Origin: Mizuhopecten yessoensis | Taxonomy: Eukaryota | Assembly: GCF_002113885.1 (NCBI RefSeq) | Contig: NW_018405148.1 | Location: 1 to 64,000 of the forward strand | Direction of reading: 5' to 3' | DNA: 64,000 bases | In this document: positions 23,439-37,039 of the stretch, one piece after another | How positions within the stretch are numbered: the stretch's first letter is position 1 | How the letters are laid out: every line of letters starts with the position of its first letter | Position numbers and translations under genes: made by a program | Notes under the pieces: generated by a model | Told to the model about the DNA's origin: nothing | The model's input: the letters and a program-made list of their open reading frames with translations, nothing else | The model's database searches: none

Positions 23439-25432
23439 CCAAAATACTATGTCAATTTTGCAACGTAGTATGTTTTCTCAGAACTCAGTACATGTACCAT
23501 CGTTAGAGCTTGAAACGACTCAAGTGATACGTTTCGTATCGGTCCCTCACAATGGATTATTCATTGGAAGTAAATTGGTATGACTAATCGATAAAGTTTA
23601 TACGATGTCCACAAAACTAAAGCATTTCTTCGTCTGGTTGTTAAGTTGTTTTCTGATCTATGTTTTTAACGTTTCCACAGCAGTTTAGGACATATGGCGA
23701 CTTCGTAAACAGATTAGGGGAAAACTTATTCATCATTTTAGACACATAAATCTACTGTATAACATTAAATAGTCGTTGTGTATACATTTTCGTTGTTTTC
23801 GTGGTTGCTATGGAACCACGAATATACTTTCAACGAATATATCTACAGCTTGAAAGAATATTAACAACGAAAATGTGAAAATCATATGACCTTGACGATT
23901 CGTAAACGAATATTTAAAGATAAATGAATCATTCATTTACAATAAAAGTAAGTTGTTACATGTACTGATAAGGACATATACTACGTGTACCAATCAGTTG
24001 TATAAATATAATTTAGTATTGATAAATTAAGTATGTGACCAATCAAGTGAAACTGTAGGCCTACAGGGCGTCGCGAGAACAGGTTAGGGTTTTCTTAGCA
24101 TGATGTCAACACTCCCACCATAGGTATGTTTACTTTACCTGTGTGATATTTATTTTAAATGTTTGACATCAACAGAGAAGTATGATGAGTGTGACTCTTT
24201 GTCATTTTAAAACCTACCGCAAATGTGTTACGGTGTTGGACCAATATTATTCTCTGAATGGTGGACAGTTTTCGTTTTACGTGGCTTACAACGAAGATTA
24301 ATACATTCCGTTGTGCGGGCCTACCGCAAAAGGTTGTACCCACGAAATAATCTGAAAGTCCCAAACCACTAAAGAAAGTACATACGAACGTTGCATGTTA
24401 TACATTATCACGATTTGGGCACAGAAGCATGATATCGTTTTAATTCATAAAGCAAGCCAATGAAAATTTCGTTTACATTTATTGGAGACTGAAACGACTT
24501 TCAATGACAACGTTAAAGCCCACTTTCGTGCAGAGTTGATCTGCCATCTGGTATGAACTTTTTATATTCGTGGCAATTCGTCTATATGCTTTTCATACGA
24601 GTTGACTGTCACTTAACATTTTCTCCAGGTTGATAAATATGAATTATAAAAAAGGTTCATCATAGCACAAACAGGTACTTGTTTATGTGTGACGTTCCCA
24701 TGACAGGTACGGTATGCACTATGCACGAGTGGATAATATCAAATTGATTCGGCTTAGCGTTGATTAAGAGCTGATCATAGATTTGTTAGTGTTCATGAAG
24801 TCAACGTAGCCAAATCGACATCGATTTTATATTAAAAAATCTTCCTTTTACACCTTTGTGTATATACGCTTCGCTTGGTAAATTTCGAAAAAATTGTTAA
24901 GAAAAAGTATTAACTACCTTAATTAAACATATACCATTTTTTTTAACGCAATGTGAGGAAGGTCGCAAAAAAATCGTATGTGACATTCATCAAATCGTGT
25001 ATGTTTTATAACACCTTAACGTTATTTTTTTTTACATAACTCATATGGTTATACTGAAAGTGGCAGTTAAGAAAAACGCTATCTCTACTTATTTTGTTTT
25101 TGTTTCTTTGTTGTTGTTGTTATTGTTTTATTGTTCTTGTTACATGTACCTAGTTTTAGAAGGAATGGTGGCTGAATTATAGAATGTCCACGGTGATTTG
25201 CTTATGTACAACTGAATCGTTGAATGGTTCTAGGGTTAAAATCGCTCACTTAATTTAACCTACGAGGTGTATCAATCAACACTTGTTGATTCCAGAGATT
25301 ATTTTTAATCAAAAGACTAACATTTCTGACAATTAACAACGTCATACACTGAAAAGTAGAGGTCCAGTAGGAGTTTGAAAAGTTGTTCTACTGAATGACC
25401 TTGCCCTACTCTCAAGATCAACAACATCATCT

Positions 25433-25701
25433 GGGACCGTATTCATGAAACAGTTTTCATGCTCAACTATGGATTTTTTGCTCAAGCCTAATTTCTTGTT
25501 CTGGCTATAAATTGTTAAAACAATTCTTATTTTGTCACTGATTTGGAAAAACAACAAAGCGATTTAAAGCCAAATACTGATTTCAGTGTTAACATTTGAT
25601 TTTTTTTTATCATAAGACATGATTGAAGCGGATCACAAGAAAGTTAGTTTGGGCACAGAATCTATGCTTGAGCATGATAATGGTTTCGTGAGTACGTGGT
25701 C
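25433..25701. mobile_element. MITE with TIR GGCCCGTATTCATGAAAC..TCTCATG (relatives at ~26137-26370, ~50108-50325, ~51150-51370, ~56600-56863)
   Basis: GGGACCGTATTCATGAAACAGTTTTCATGCTCAA at the left; TTGAGCATGATAATGGTTTCGTGAGTACGTGGTC inverted at the right. The same TIR appears on the other copies. Confidence 0.65.
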
Positions 25702-26631
25702 TGGACAATAAAGAAACATGAAGTGTTATTTTGGCCAGTAGCATGCTATGATATAGGGCTATGACGACGTTGAAGTGCCCAAACCAAACACTAGATCTAC
25801 CTTGTTAAAATCTCTGATGTTCCGATCAAACTGCTTATCTCTATTGGTTCGGCATACCCTACAATGTCTCTTTCTACCACAATACTCTGTGTTATTCCAC
25901 TCTCAGATCATATTATAAACATGCAGACTGTTGAATAAATATGAGTTATACACCACACGTGGTATATGACCTGCCGTAGTTTTGATTGGCCGACAAGATG
26001 AACCTTGCTTTTTGCCTGCTCTCTGTCAAATGCAGGTTTGTTTGTTCTATTTGCCTATGTTTAGTCTTTTTTAATGATAAATGAATATTTAATATAACAA
26101 TAAAAGATTTCAGTAAATATTTGTTTTGGCCCTGAGGGCCCGAATTCATGAAAGCATTCTCATGATAAAGAACGAATTCTGTGATGTAGCCATCTTTCTT
26201 AGAACTCGCTTAAATCGTATAACATGGCCAAGAGTCAAGTGTAACGTTGCAATAAAATTCTTGTAAATCATTGACAATATCGGATTTTATTATCAATCCA
26301 TCACGGGAACAACAACCTGGGCTTGAGCACAATATCTGAGTTTGAGCATGAGAAAGGTTTCATGAAAAACGCTTTAATATCGCTTTCTCTGTTTCAAACA
26401 ATCAAACACTCACCTCAGCAAAGGTCCATAACTGATATTTATTTTATTTTATCGTTGAAACGGAGTTTTGGCTGTTGTCTCCCAATACGATTCTGATTAA
26501 CATTAGACTAATGAAAAGTTGACTGGATGCAGTGCTATAACAGAAAGACATTGCGTTAAGTTACTGATTTTCCACATTACAATCTACCCAGAAAAGCCAA
26601 ACAAACTGATCGTATCTCCTGATTACTTCAG

Positions 26632-26806
26632 TGTGCCCCACTCCGCCGTCCGTGACAAATGCATCCCCTTCGTCAACTCAGAAGACGGTAGGTAACGTAA
26701 TAGAATGTAACCTTCACGTGTGACACAGGCTACATAGCTGGGGGAACATCGTCCGTCACCTGCCAAGCTAGCGGATAATGAACCCCCGTATCATACACGG
26801 TTGTTG
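26632..26806 (+). pseudogene. Decayed sushi/CCP-domain exon
   Basis: ttcag|TG TGC CCC ACT CCG CCG: CPTPPSVTNASPSSTQKTVG, a 7-nt frameshifting excess, then NVTFTCDTGYIAGGTSSVTCQASG**TPVSYT, donor G|gtaaat. 175 nt = 168+7. Confidence 0.8.
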
Positions 26807-27399
26807 GTAAATATATGTCATATGTATCTGCATTTTCTGTAAGTACAGCATAATCCTTCAAAATGCGTTGCACCACAAACATCGCAAGGAGGCAAAACAC
26901 CAGCATTCCCTCCATCCAACACACATACACACATGTACGTGTGCATTACACACATGGTGGCATGTCCTTAAATGGCCATAACTGTTAATAGACGTTAAAC
27001 AAAATCAAACCAAACCAAACTAAATGTCATAACAAAAACGTCTGCATTTTCCGTAAGATTCGTAACATGTATGTCACAACCCTGGGAGGGGAGAGAGAGG
27101 TAAGAGGGGGTTGGGAAGTCCGATTTTTGAGATTACTGGATAGGTACTGCAACAATACAGTAAATTTAAGAATATATATATCAGACCACGTGGTTGGTCT
27201 TTCTCCATGTGAACGTAACTAGTTATACAATTCGCTGTTCACAACTTTCTTCTGGTCAAATGTTCATCACATCCCGTGCTATTTTATCTTCCTCCTGTTC
27301 ACTTCGCTCTTGCTGGTATTTCCGTTTCAACTAGTCAGCACAGAGAAAGACCAAACACACGGCTGCATTATATTTATATATTTGTATGTTGCGACTCGA

Positions 27400-29900
27400 G
27401 TTGTTAATCTACTAGTATAAGTAAGATATATGCATTGTATATTGATAAAGATGTCGATTTTGAGGGGTAGTGGTATTACAATCTGTTCGAGTCATGTATA
27501 AATTGCTGAGTATGCACGAATGTAATTTTGTTTTCTTGTTCCGAAATTCCAAAAATATCTCCAAAAAAAAGTATATCCAATGTAAGGGGGTTGTATTCTG
27601 TTCAACATAATTATCACAGTTGAAAAAGAAATGGAAGATGTTTTCAATAGGGTAGCCACACATACAACGTTGGTCATCAACCAGGTCAACTCGAAATAAA
27701 TCGTTTGTCAAATCGCTAGAACGGTTTCTTAGTTTTGTATGTAAGATGTTATTTTTTTCTATCGCCGTAGAAAAAGTAATTGGTTACGAGGGGCAAATGT
27801 TTGTCTCTAATGGCATTTTTAAACGATGAAAAAGAGGAGCTATGCCTAATACTTAAAGTTAACTGATTCCAGTCTGTTGATAGGCAGGTTGTAGTTTTCG
27901 GCGTTTCTAAGATTATATTGAGCATTTTCGACAAGGGGAGGAAGTAGAGTGTTTAGATAGTTAGGAGTAACACGATGATGAATTTTATAAAACAACTGCA
28001 GTTTCCAACGGGACCACGGGTGGGCTAGGGATTCCCATCCCGTTTCAGTATATATAGATTGTCTACTAGCATAAGAAGGTAAACCGGTGACAATACGTCC
28101 TGCCTCTAATTGTGACGTTTCTAACTTATCTGTATCAGTAAGGGTACAAACATCCCAAACTTCACAGCAATATTCTAAAATAGGGAGTATAAACGATCTA
28201 TATATCTTATTTAATATACGGCGGTTCAGAGTATATTTCAATTTACAGCGAACACCTAATTGCTTTACTACTTTTTTTTACAAATATTATCAATATGACA
28301 GCTCCACTTACAGTTAGCATCGATGAATACTCCCAGATGTTTATGGTTATCAACAAAATCTCAATTGATATTATTAAAATCTATTTCAATCAGTTGATCT
28401 AGTCCTATTTTAGAAATAAGTAAATCCTCTATTTTTGCAGGAACCATTTATCAGCCCTCAATTGAATATTTCTTAGATCATTATTAATTTTTTGTTCTAA
28501 TATTTGTGGGGATTTATCTGAACATAATAGAGAAGTATCATTTGCAAAACGTTTTTGATAAGTTTTCTAAATTATTTCTTGTATCATTAATATAAAGTAT
28601 GAACAACAACGGACCGAAGACTGAACCCTGAGGAACCACTGCATTAGTTGTTTTAACAGAGGTTTTACTGTTTCCAAAAAATACTTGTTGAGATATATTC
28701 CAATAACTTACCCGATATTACATAACTAGCTATTTTCACCTCCAGCCCCGTATCCCACACTCGTTGGAATGCCTAAGAAATATCACAAAGACTAAACAGG
28801 TGGGTTGCTATATATATATTTCTATAAGCTGGTATATGGTGGAATGAACTGGCCGAACACCTGACTTCTAAAAGGTAGTTATGTAAATTTGAGGGGTCTC
28901 GTTTATCTCCTTTTTCTTTAAATTGGCATCACGAGGGCAAGCTTCCATTGTCTTGGGAAATATCCAGTCTCCAAAGAAGAACGACATATTAAAGAGAGCG
29001 GATAAGCAACTGTATTAGTAGTAATATAGGCATGTGATGGGCCATTCAGTTACAGTCAGTGCGGTGTTCTTTAACATATTATGGCAAATTGTATAATTTC
29101 CTACAGCTTTACCATTTTTTAAGTTTTAAGTATGTCAATAATATGATTAATATTAAAGGGTATGTCTGAGATAGTCGAGTCTGTTATGAATTCTATAACA
29201 GGTACATCAGTGTCTGTATCGTCGATAGTAGAAATGGAAGCAAAGTAGTCATTAAGTATGTTAGTCTTAATGTCATCATCCATTTCTATGTTTCCAGTCG
29301 CACTCCGTAATGGCGGTATACTAGCAGACGTTTGAGATGATAATATTAATCTGCAGTTTCCAATAATTTCTGGGATTTGTAAAAATTGTCTAAAAGACTG
29401 TTAATGTCCGCGTAAAATAATTCTTTAAGATAGTTATCGCTATTTCGCTGTTTCCTTAAGTTGTTTAAATTATGTTAAGTGCGACCGGATTAATATTTAT
29501 GGAGAAGTCTGTCTCTTTTCCTAATTTTACATCTCATGTCAGAGTTAAACCAAGGTTTGTCATTAGGTCTGATTGTGACTTCTTTTGAAGGAATACACTC
29601 ATCAGCTATTTCTAAATATCTAGATGTAAAGGTGTCACACATGTCGTCCGGGGAATGGGATCTCAAAAATAGATCAGTCCATTCTGTTAAATGTTATGAC
29701 GTCTCTGATATTGCTTTAAGACTTGTGTCACGTGCGTACGTGTCACGTGTACTTATGTACATACTTCATACGGGCCATGAAAAGGTGAGTTCTTTTTCGT
29801 TATATTTAAATAGGATTACAGGATGTGGGCCTTTATGGGAGTTTTACCATTTCCAATCCATTCCACGTGATGTCGAAGAAAAGTAAACTATAACTAATAT
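27400..29900 (-). mobile_element. Decayed CR1/L2-type LINE ORF2 (inverted partial copy at ~47566-49280)
   Basis: KEVTIRPNDKPWFNSDMR, VPQGSVFGPLLFILYIND, FANDTSL, HKHLGV, FILPILEYCCEVWD, QLEAGRIVTGLP..ETGWESL, CMCGYPIENIFHFFFNC; many frameshifts. Confidence 0.9.
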
Positions 29901-30180
29901 CGTTTACCTGTAGCGCTGTGAATCGGCTCTTACTGCTTTCGAGAGGTTCAGTGTAACCATATTTTAGAAATGAATATGTCCATAACAATATTAATATTAT
30001 TTCTATTTCAATCTTAGATAAAGTAAATTAGGATACAGCTCCAAGTAAAAAATACCAAATATTTTGAATTCCTTCCAGGAGATACGGCATGGAAACTTTG
30101 ATTGTCTTTCCATATGCCACCACCTTCATGTGTTGAATTTTGTGATCTCAACTTTGACGAATGCTTGATATATGTTGTAG

Positions 30181-30348
30181 ATTGTGGGGCCCCGCCAACT
30201 GTGACCGAAACCACAGTCAAGCCTGGGACAAACCTTGTTGGCAGTAACAGATTCTACCTCTGTGACGGAAATACCAGCGTACAACCGTCTCATTATGTTA
30301 CCTGCCAAAATAAGAGCTTGTGGACAACCCCAAATGTCGCTTGTGGCG
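30181..30348 (+). CDS. Open sushi/CCP-domain exon (phase 1-1) of a probably disrupted gene
   Basis: ttgtag|AT TGT GGG...TGT GGC G|gtgact, 168 nt; CGAPPTV..GSNRFYLC..VTCQNKSLWTTPNVAC has the four Cys and the Trp of a CCP module. Confidence 0.7.
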
Positions 30349-31261
30349 GTGACTTAAAATTTGTGATTTTCGGGTAATGATAAAATAGATAATTTGCATA
30401 CACAGGTACATTTAAAATATAAATTCTAATTTATTTGATATGTAACACGGCATTTGATTTGTCAATCGAAATATTCTTTGACGGTATTAACACGATATAC
30501 CGTCTGCAAATTTCTCATTTGATTATCAGGCCCGACTGACCCGACACATCATGAAATTGATTTTTAATGACGTCACAAACAATAAAGTGACATAATTCCA
30601 CGTCACGAAGACCTAGATTTTGAAAGATACGCGCAATTTTAAGCATTTTAATTTGTAGATTATTTCGGTGATTCAAGCGTTTTCTAAATTAGAATGGTGA
30701 TATCCCTACTGTATTTTGAAGCAGAGCCAAAAAACAGACATTTGCAACATTAAAATTGCGAGATGCTGCCACAAAACCCAAAATACAGTAGGGTTATCAC
30801 AAAATTAAAAATGGGACTGTATTCAAAAAACCGTTCTCAAGTCCAAATCCATGTTCTGGTTATAAATTAATATAACAAATCTTATTTTGTCAATTTTTGG
30901 AAAAAACAACATTTAAGAGACTTAAAGCTGAATACTGTTTTCAATGGTTACATTTGACTTTTTTATCGTCCTGGTGTGACAAGCCGATTTAAATGCCTGC
31001 TGTAAGTACCAGGATTGCTGGTATAGCGATGCCATGTTGACGAATAATCGCCATACACTGGGTTTTCTACATGAGAAACTTGAATCTCCGTCTTACTTAT
31101 TGTCCCAAAACTATTTTTTAGTGTCGATTTGTTCTTCATCTCTTAGTTTGATGATGACCTTTATAGTTGTTCTGAATCTAACGAATATAATAAGGTCTAT
31201 AATCATTAAGGGATGTGCGATATCGGGTTATCTTAGTCGAGAACTAAGATTGGAATATCTA

Positions 31262-32157
31262 GCGATACTCCATACAAATTTAACAGCTGCATGCTCAAAT
31301 TTCACTTCAACATATCCGACACACACAAACACAATCAATTTCATCAGTGTTCAAGGTTCATTACAGATTCCAAAGAACATTTTTCGGCTCAGTGACAGTC
31401 GGAAATATCGAGGTCCACATTCAACAATGACCCCTTCCCAAGAAACGCGCCCTTGTTAGCGAAAGTGACCGTGACTCCCAGTCCCAGTAAGGTTTCAAAA
31501 AGTGCCGACTTCGATGTGTATTGTGATGACCTTTACCTTGACATCGCACGCGCCGTTGTGTCAAACTATGTAACGTCACTTTCATTTTCGTAATGAATGT
31601 TTTAAGTGTAAAAAAATATTATTAATGTTACGATCACTATCAAAACCTTTTGATGAAAATAAATCTAAATCATTGTTTGTTTATCTAAACGGTTTTCAGG
31701 GAGAAGTTCCTGGAACAAAATTTTGTGGCGCAGAGAGCTCCAAACATTACGCATGCAATGCGTCCTTTCGTCAGTCGTCGCTAGATCCTAGAGGAGACGT
31801 AAGTATCGAGAACACTTATGAAGGGATGTTTCTCGAATTAGATAATAAATAGAATCTAACACTCGTGTTCATGTAATATTGAATTTATCAAACTCGTTTA
31901 ATAATTACATATGAAATTTGTTTACGTGACACTCCGCCTTCTCAAAATGTACCAGCATACAAACTTTGATGATTGTAGGTGAAAACTTGTGTCGGAAAAC
32001 ACCGGGCAAGCTTTATTTCACTTATATTGCATTTTCAACAACGGTCAAAGGTCAGAATTTAGGTCACAGTGACTGATTTTTCACTTTTTAAACGTTTGAA
32101 CGTACAAAGTATGATGGTCTCAAATGAAATAATGAGATATTTGCTCCAGACAACAAC
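31262..32157. repeat. Segmental duplication block F (inverted copy at ~46330-47232)
   Basis: Colinear reverse-complement match, e.g. 31800-31915 vs 46565-46680. Confidence 0.9.
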
Positions 32158-32399
32158 TTGTTGCTAAGGAAATCCGCCATCTTGGATCCTATACAGCGGA
32201 TCCAAGATTGCGGCCCTTGGTAATGTTCTCAGAATCAACTGGCTACAATAATGCAGCACGACCGCACAAGCTTACTAGCGAAGGTTTTAGGTTAACGTTG
32301 GATTCGTTACAGGACATGTTCAACAGGTTCAAGTCCCTTTTTAATGTTTTCCTTTTTTGCGTTTGCCCCGAAACGAAGTGCTAAAAAATCAGTTAGTGC

Positions 32400-34680
32400 A
32401 CGTGTAGAGGTCAGTAAGGAATAAACTACAATAAAGAGATCTCAGTTTAACGCCGCGTACGGAGATCGACACTTGTCGTTGTATATACCATTTAAGGTCA
32501 AAGTCTTTGTAATGATTGAGACTTACACTGCTCTGGCCACGTATGCATGACAAGTTTTCCTGTTTTTGATACGACAATTACACAGCACACCTTTTATGTC
32601 AAATTCACTGGGACCCGCTTCCTGTTACAGGACGTCGAGATGGTTTCTGTACAAAAATCTGAGAATGTCTTATACAGTACGTCTTTGTACTGAACGGTTT
32701 GGCGTAGATATTCGGATTCTTACTACCTCTCGAGAATAAGAAGTTTACAAATATCTCACTGTCGTCCTGAATCATTTCGCGAAGTAAAGCGTGTCGTGGA
32801 TTTTCGTGCAAGTGTAGCACCTGTAACGAAAAAAAGAGTAAAACCAGCGTTTGTATTTAAAAGCCGTACGGATACGTGTTTAAACTATCAGGATCAATCA
32901 CCCTTTTAGTGTGTACCAATCTGTAGTTTGGTACAAATCTCTGTCGTATGACTGTTCGATGAACGATTTGTATTGGACGTATATGAGGTTCCCGTTGACG
33001 AAGTGAAAATCTAATATCTCGAAATGAGGGTCGGTAATCAAGCGGTAGAAATCCGCCAGTTCGCTTCCTGTGAAGTATCTACAGCTCGTGTACATGCACC
33101 TCTGCGCGAACTTTCCACAGAAGTTGTTCAGTTACTGCTTGGAAACGGACCTTAGACCGGGGTTGTGTGTGATTCTACTCGGGTCCAGTAGTATGCCCTC
33201 GTTTCGATAGTACGCTTCGACGTAGTCCCTATTGTTTTCGTCGTTATCGCACCAGCGGGACCAGTCGCTACTCTCCTGTTTGTATTTTAGGAACGTGTCG
33301 ATGCTTTCCTTAAATAGATGCTTGATGCTGTCCTGGAAGTGGTACACTTCGTACACCTTCAGTAGGATGTATCCCCTTTTCACGGCTTTCATCAGCTCGG
33401 AGTTCACCACGTTCCCAAAATGGCGCGCTCCTTTTCTGCGCAGTAACACTTTTCATGATTTTCTTTGACGGCGCAGTTGTAAAACAGATGGAATTTCAGT
33501 TTGTTGTTACACTTCACGGGTAAGACTGGTATGTAAAGACCTCGAGGCGGAAGAATCCTCACCTTCGCCAACCCAAAGTATCGATCAAGGGGGTCGAAAT
33601 CGGAGGTAACTATCTGAGGGTGACCCGTAGGGTATTCGCAATATTTATTCACGTAAGGATAGAGACTTGTGAAATCGCCATAACGTATCTCTTCGTCGCC
33701 ATGCGTTGTGTGATGTAGCTTTAAGGCTTTAGTCCTACCTCCAAAAAGCGAATCCCTGGGGTCGAGTCTTTTCGTAAGGTCCAGCGTGACGAGGAATTCC
33801 CTCAGTTTAGGGTCTCCCTCCTTGTCTTTCTTAAACTGGCAGTTGTTCCACTTCACGATCACTCGGTAACCGCAACTATGGAGGTATCTGACCTTGTTGT
33901 CGTAAAGCGACTTGAGTTCCGAGACGGACTGATTCAACGGCGGTATCTTGTTTTTCGTTCTGTCGTTGGGGAACACGTCTCGCAACCGTTATACTTGCAG
34001 GAGTTTTATTCGAACAAGGTGACCGTCGATTCGCTGAATCCGTCAGCGTAGTATCTCCCAATCTTCTTTTTCCGTTTAGTGCGTGCTGGACGTGCATGCC
34101 CCTGGATTTTGATTCCCACTCGAGCCAACCTACGGATTCCATGGAGAAGTTGACGCGCGTTGTATAGCCTTCCGGGGGGAACTTTCGCCAGGTCCATGAA
34201 GAAAATTGTTTTAAACAGGATGTCTTCTTCCTCGACTTTGTCGTTGTCCACGTACCAGTGTCCGTTTTTTTCTGGTGGCACACGTCCAACCTCTGTTTCT
34301 CAGTTTCACGTCGTACGGTTCTACTAGAAAGTTCGAGTCTATAGCGTCCGGATATGTTCCCACGTATTCGCAGTTTTCTTCGGTGTTGAAGAGATGCTGG
34401 AAGTATTCTTTCTTTAATTCCGTTAGTCCGAAAGGGTATGTCTGCCAATATCATGGGTAAGAAACAGTGCGAATCTAGGAACCTCATGGAGACGTCCTTT
34501 CCCTTCTCCATGTCGAGCAGTTTACATCCCTGGAAAATGGGAGACTTGGATGTTATCCCTTGCTTCGCCATGTATTCCAACAAGAAGTAGTTGGCGAACG
34601 CATTGGCATTGTGAGCGACGCATGTGTATCCCGCGTATCTGGGACTGATGATCCACTTGCAAAAGTCGTCCGAGGACTTA
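32400..34680 (-). pseudogene. Decayed protein-primed family B DNA polymerase of Maverick/Polinton (adintovirus-like) type
   Basis: GC-rich island. Motifs in order: AHNANAF (Exo II-like), RFLDSHCFLPM, DSLFGGRT, YGDFTSLYPYVNKYCEYPTGHP (motif A), LPPRGLYIPVLP, GTW, KQ*LNNFCGKFAQR (motif B), DRDLYQTTDW (decayed YxDTDS), VRGVKL. Several frameshifts and stops. Confidence 0.9.
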
Positions 34681-34895
34681 CGTGGACAAATGTGGACAAA
34701 ACGATGACAAATGTGTACAAAACGTGGACAAATGTGGACAAAACGTGGACAAAGGTGGACAAAACGTGGAAAAAGGTGGACAAAACGTGGACAAAAGTGG
34801 TCAAATTGTGAACAAAGGTGGACAAAACGTGGACAAATGTAGACAAAACGTGGCCAAATGGTGGACAAAAAGTCGACAAATGTGGACAAATGTGT
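34680..34895. repeat. Tandem repeat of 10-11-bp units (GTGGACAAAAC / GTGGACAAAT; ~21-bp dimer)
   Basis: About 20 copies abutting the 5' end of the polB fragment. Confidence 0.92.
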
Positions 34896-37039
34896 AAAAA
34901 AGATCACTACAATAACAAAACGCTAACTATCTGATATCATCATCAAATATGTTGTACAGAAAAAGAAGTATTGATTTATCTGGGGTATCGTTGATATTTT
35001 CATGCACGGTGTTGTACAATTTATTTCAATAAATACAAATAGACATCGGGATATTGTGTACTAGTCTACCAATGTATATGGTGACACTAATGATGATATA
35101 ACTTTATGTTAGACATGTGTACAAGTATAGAAAAGCAATACTCAGAGCTGACACTTTTAATTAACTAGTATTTTCATAGATGTTGAAATGGTTTCGTCTA
35201 TAGCTATTCAGAAGACAGATACAGGAAATCGTGCAGAACATGTTTGATATATATAGTTGCTTCTGTATAATTGGTTATGCATAATGTACATTTTCAGAAA
35301 CATTCTTTTAGGACGAATAACATCTGATCCACTTCTAGAATATTGTTAAAAATTATCACAATATCCCTGGGGCTTTGTTTATGACGTGTATGGAAGTGTA
35401 TGTTGCCCAGGAAATGGCATTGTTACTATATATTAGCTTGATTCATGGATCATCAAGCACTTTTCGAATTCTGCAAAATGCAAATAGGAAAGTACTATAC
35501 ATGTCATTAACATGGTATTTTGTGTTTGAAAACCACAGAATGAATAACACAAAACCGTTGACATCAGCATCCTATAATGCGAACCTATCCGGTTACAACC
35601 TATGTGTCCCGCACAGGCATGCTGAATGATAATATTATAAGAAGGAGTATGTCTCTTAAACATCCTTACTTTGTCAATGATATTTATATAGATATGCGAG
35701 AGTCAATAAACCCCCTTATCTCGATGATCAAGTATTAAACTCAGCGTGGCTGAATTGAGACATTTTAGTAAATATGTAATGACTAATTGTACACACGCTT
35801 ACAGAGAACCCGAATCGACATCGATTTTGTGGACAACTCGTACATATTTACACCTTTGTGCACAAACGCTTCACTGGTCATTTGTCTGATGAAGGTGGCA
35901 GAGTAAAACCGTACTAGTCATCGAAACGTAACATATACACACTTTTTGTTGTGCTACATGACTTTTTTTACATTCCATTGTAGGCATTTGTTACAAGTAT
36001 TACGACTGATACTACGTTAATAGACGTTTCATCTTGTACACGGTATATTTCCGACCACTATTTTGGCGTTATAGTAAGTATTGCTATCTCCCAGTGGAAT
36101 CATAATTTGCGTCGTTCAGCAACGGTATGTCGTATTGCAGTTCATTTAATTGAAACACTAACTAGATTTTTTATTTTTTTATTTAAGAGTCTTAATGCCT
36201 CCTTGGAAAGAAAAGTTTTCTTAAATTCTTTAAAGGTAACACAAGTGAACGTAAAGATTTACTGCCTGATATTTGTTGCTTTATCTTTTTCGTCCAGAAG
36301 TAGCAGTCCTATAGAGAAATAGAAAAGTAAACCCTTGAAATGACATACCGACATAAAACTTCGTTAAAAGATTATTGATTTATACATCACTAGTCATAAA
36401 TGAAAAATTAAGAATGGATTTATGTGTAAATCAACAACGATTTTTTCTTACCACCAACACGAGTTTTTAACGCCGTTATTCAGCAACGTTATAATTTTTC
36501 ACGCAGCGTGCCTATCTCTAACTAGTTAAAGACGGATTAATTTTAATTTAAGTTAAATACATCATCATCATCATCATTCCAAATAGAGAGTGAGACAAAT
36601 AATTAATATGTACGTTATGGGTATATACACAACTATTCGACTCTCTCAAGGACCTAAAGTGATTTTAAAAAGAAAAAAGGAAAAGAAAAGGTGAATGACG
36701 TAAATACGGCAAAAAGGAATAGATTATCAGGGAAAAGTTGTCTATCCCATTTTCCCATTGATTTTCACATTTGTGCTTTGCTTTGTTATCTTTACCATTA
36801 GCAATTGTATTTCTGGTCATTTATAATCGAATTTACAATTTGTCTATCCATGTTTGCAAATAACAACCAGAAAAAAAGGGTTTTTTATCATCATAAACTA
36901 TCATAAATTGGTATCCGGCCTGTGCTATTTACAATAATATAAAACCGTAGCAGACTCATTAAGTTAATTATTTTGTCAATATTTAAGCTTACTGGGACCT
37001 GTGCGAATGTACCTTCATCCGACTTAATAATGCGTTGTC

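Larger units (their letters stand above)
18540..29066. repeat. Segmental duplication blocks C+D (inverted copy at ~47566-63730)
   Basis: Colinear reverse-complement match: 18540 pairs with 63730, 27079 with 50500, and 27090-29066 with 49470-47566. The right copy has extra sequence at ~49470-50500 and ~51470-56400. Confidence 0.95.

Noticed and set aside
19928-25557. Short ORFs present twice (19928/62122, 22208/59947, 25342/56740 and others)
   Set aside because: They recur only because of the segmental duplication; no domains or splice structure, and mostly non-ATG starts.
34553-34907. CPRFVH-repeat N-terminus of the 343-aa ORF as a repeat protein fused to polB
   Set aside because: It is the translation of the 10-11-bp minisatellite, open in several frames on both strands.
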